From positions 1 to 27,941 of IMG/VR virus record IMGVR_UViG_3300003375_000109: 27,941 nt of DNA; one strand, 5' to 3'. The position numbers and the translations under genes were made by a program. Of this stretch, positions 26,295-27,941 are shown one piece after another; the first letter of the stretch is position 1, and the number at the start of each line of letters is the position of its first letter. The notes beneath the pieces are model-generated. The model saw only the letters and a program-made list of their open reading frames with translations. It was not told the origin of the DNA and did not search any database. Source of the DNA: a virus (Duplodnaviria; Caudoviricetes).

Positions 26295-26308
26295 TACTAA
26301 TACGCAAA
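26295..26308 (-). promoter_or_regulatory. Conserved motif TTTGCGTATTAGTA upstream of DUF2800
   Basis: Copy of the repeated motif, overlapping the U-tract of the upstream terminator. Confidence 0.6.
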
Positions 26309-26331
26309 AAAGGACTCTTTAGAGTCCTTTT
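26306..26331 (-). terminator. Intrinsic terminator, potentially bidirectional
   Basis: AAAAGGACTC-TTTA-GAGTCCTTTT with A/T tracts on both sides. Confidence 0.75.
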
Positions 26332-26332
26332 C

Positions 26333-26800
26333 TTAATTATATTTTTCTAAGTATTTCTGGGCGGATTTTAAAATATCAATTGAATCGTTAAGGTGCCCTA
26401 TTCCAAGGTTACATTTTCGACAAAGGATGCCCCGTATTTTATTTGTTTTGTGGCAATGATCTACGCATACATTATGTGTTGTTTCTAAATCAGATTCACA
26501 AATAGCACACTTGCCGTTTTGTGCGTCTATCATAGCTTGTTTTTGCTCGATAGTTAACCCATAACGTTTTTTGTAATTATTTCTTTGAATTGTAGGAGCC
26601 CGTCTTTCTTTGTTTTCTAGGTTCCATTTTGTTGCTCTGTTGATTATGTTTTCTTTTTGCTCTGGATTTTTTGAAATCCAATTGCCGTAGTTTTGCTTAC
26701 AGCACAATTTACAATGTACCTGTAACCCATCTTTTGTTGTGTGTTTTTTAGAAAACTGAGATAGCGGCTTTTGCTCGCCGCATTTTGGGCACTTCTTCAT
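26333..26800 (-). CDS. Endonuclease VII-domain (His-Me finger) putative homing endonuclease
   Basis: N-terminal CxxC...CxxC zinc finger, then YGLT...QNGKCAIC...VDHCH...RGILCRKCNLGIG. Visibly AT-richer than its neighbours. Confidence 0.88.
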   Translation of the reverse strand: MKKCPKCGEQKPLSQFSKKHTTKDGLQVHCKLCCKQNYGNWISKNPEQKENIINRATKWNLENKERRAPTIQRNNYKKRYGLTIEQKQAMIDAQNGKCAICESDLETTHNVCVDHCHKTNKIRGILCRKCNLGIGHLNDSIDILKSAQKYLEKYN

Positions 26801-26806
26801 TTGATA

Positions 26807-26872
26807 CTCCTAACAGTGTGGGTGAACTAGCCGGTAGTTAGGTACCGGCAGGGGAGCTACCCCGTTCGTTCA
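26807..26872 (-). promoter_or_regulatory. Putative RBS-sequestering pseudoknot leader of the endonuclease gene
   Basis: Hairpin loop CCUAAC is complementary to GUUAGG, which overlaps the AGGAG Shine-Dalgarno. Confidence 0.55.
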
Positions 26873-26879
26873 TTGATGG

Positions 26880-27275
26880 TTACAACTTTAATGCTGCAAT
26901 TAGATCCGATACTTCTTTGTTAAAATCAATTGCTACTTCTTGTTTTATATTTTGTTTAACATCCAAACGTTCACGATAATCGTCGGGGTACTGTCCTCGC
27001 AATGCAATTTCAGCGACCCTAGAATTAAATCCTTTATTGTCGATGTTTGCCAACATCATATTTTCCCAATATGCCTGACCATACGTTGTGGCCAGTGACA
27101 TAGTTTCAGAGAAAAATTCATCATCTTTTTTCCACTTTGCCGCAGTGTCTTTGCTAATACCGATAGCCGCGTACATGGCTTTTTGAGACGCGCCTTGTTT
27201 ACCAAGTTCTATGACAATGTCTGCCATTTCTTTAGTAAATGTCTTTTTATTTGCTGGAGATTTTTTAGCTGCCAC
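26880..27275 (-). CDS. Terminase small subunit-like HTH protein
   Basis: G.S...Y..IGISKDT...W.....F helix-turn-helix, AYWE, ...YRER.DV; size and pattern of TerS. Confidence 0.6.
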   Translation of the reverse strand: MAAKKSPANKKTFTKEMADIVIELGKQGASQKAMYAAIGISKDTAAKWKKDDEFFSETMSLATTYGQAYWENMMLANIDNKGFNSRVAEIALRGQYPDDYRERLDVKQNIKQEVAIDFNKEVSDLIAALKL

Positions 27276-27531
27276 ACTTCCACCTTTTCAGAGCTGCTGC
27301 TTTTCTTGTTGGTTTGCCGTTCTCGTCCTTCATCGGACCTTTTACGCCGGACATACGAGCACAGAATGAATCCTTACGTGCGCCACCTTGTGGTTGTGGT
27401 GCTTTTAAATGTGAGCCAGTGGCTGCGTTATACTTAGCACGACCCTTGGCGGTAAGCCCAGCACCCTTAGATGCAGGCAGCTTTTCACCACGGCCAATTG
27501 CAAGCGATACACTTTTTTTCTTGGTTGCCAT
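27265..27531 (-). CDS. Small basic phage protein (DUF6321-like)
   Basis: GLTAKGRAKYN...LKAP...RKDSFCARM...ALKRWKC motif, widespread in aquatic phages. Confidence 0.7.
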   Translation of the reverse strand: MATKKKSVSLAIGRGEKLPASKGAGLTAKGRAKYNAATGSHLKAPQPQGGARKDSFCARMSGVKGPMKDENGKPTRKAAALKRWKCGS

Positions 27532-27686
27532 TACTTCTTTTTCTTTGCTGTCTTGGCAGATTCAATAAATGCCTGCTTGGTTGGGGCACCAAGGGTGCCC
27601 GGCTTGCGCATACGTTCACCAGAGCCTTCTTTGATACGCTCTCTCTTTTTTTGGATATTGGCGTATAGGCCGGGTTTAGTTGCCAT
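27531..27686 (-). CDS. Small basic protein, 51 aa (MATKPGLYANIQKKRERIKEGSGERMRKPGTLGAPTKQAFIESAKTAKKKK), not in ORF track
   Basis: TAATG coupling to the next gene. GLYANI..KR motif typical of small basic phage proteins. Confidence 0.75.
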   Translation of the reverse strand: MATKPGLYANIQKKRERIKEGSGERMRKPGTLGAPTKQAFIESAKTAKKKK

Positions 27687-27719
27687 GATTGTAAAGTTTT
27701 CCTAAATGATTGTAAAGTT
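27685..27719. repeat. 14-bp direct repeat ATGATTGTAAAGTT x2, 21-bp period
   Basis: Exact copies at 27685-27698 and 27706-27719. Confidence 0.85.
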
Positions 27720-27723
27720 ATTG

Positions 27724-27917
27724 GCGGCATTGAGGATGCTCGTTTAATACCGCAGTGGCTTACGGAACCACTGCAACGCTGCCGTAAGCCAGCGTCAAGG
27801 ACCTTCAGCTCTGGTACCAATACGGCTGATGACTAACTAACTCACGAACCGCTTATTAAGCTGCCGCCAGCGAAGTCTGGGTTAATCATCATGCGTATTG
27901 GTCCCGTTTCCGGGACC
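27724..27917 (-). ncRNA. Putative structured ncRNA or leader (multi-stem, complementary loops)
   Basis: At least six stems. A GAAA tetraloop and G-U wobble pairs favour the - strand. Two adjacent hairpins have 7-nt complementary loops. Confidence 0.55.
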
Positions 27918-27941
27918 TACTGCTTAAAATATTACTGATAC

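Noticed and set aside
26263-26307. N-terminal extension of DUF2800 from TTG 26307
   Set aside because: Lies in the terminator and promoter-like motif; the family starts at M-x-x-HALLS and ATG 26262 has an AAAGG RBS.
27485-27820. 111-aa minus-strand ORF
   Set aside because: TTG start, overlaps a better 51-aa gene in another frame, and runs through the structured RNA region.
27826-27850. CTGATGA on the + strand suggesting a hammerhead ribozyme
   Set aside because: No stem II followed by GAAA; the sequence is explained as one arm of a minus-strand stem.
27893-27901. GCGTATTGG (also CGTATTGG at 22029) as extra copies of the promoter-like motif
   Set aside because: Mismatch in the core, orientation opposite to local genes, and both sit in RNA stem-loop structures.
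27924-27941. Possible 3' end of an upstream minus-strand gene (VSVIF-stop)
   Set aside because: Too short at the window edge to support a call.

Overview
Segment of a tailed dsDNA phage genome, probably podovirus-like, infecting a Gram-negative host (it encodes a two-component spanin). The + strand (1-20034) is a late operon. It runs from the end of a tail fibre gene through a lysis cassette (holin-like proteins, Rz with embedded Rz1, GH24 endolysin), basic proteins, two head-tail adaptors and tail proteins, to five large putative internal/ejection proteins. The - strand (20035-27941) carries family A DNA polymerase, class II ribonucleotide reductase, DUF2815 SSB, DUF2800 nuclease, an endonuclease VII homing-type gene, a terminase small subunit-like gene and small basic proteins. 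Three things stand out. (1) A recurring double-glycine motif (about 16 copies, consensus roughly [FYMKA]-[AKSE]-x-G-G-x-V) marks the module boundaries of four proteins. Two of these are chains of effector-like domains (ADP-ribosyltransferase-like, HD-xx-GH, HhH-glycosylase-like), suggesting a virion polyprotein processing and delivery system. (2) A motif TTTGCGTATTAGTAG sits upstream of five genes on both strands and may be a phage-specific promoter. (3) Four intergenic RNA structures with pseudoknot or kissing-loop potential, including an approximately 200-nt element near the terminase-like gene. Family assignments come from motif recognition by eye; no searches were run.
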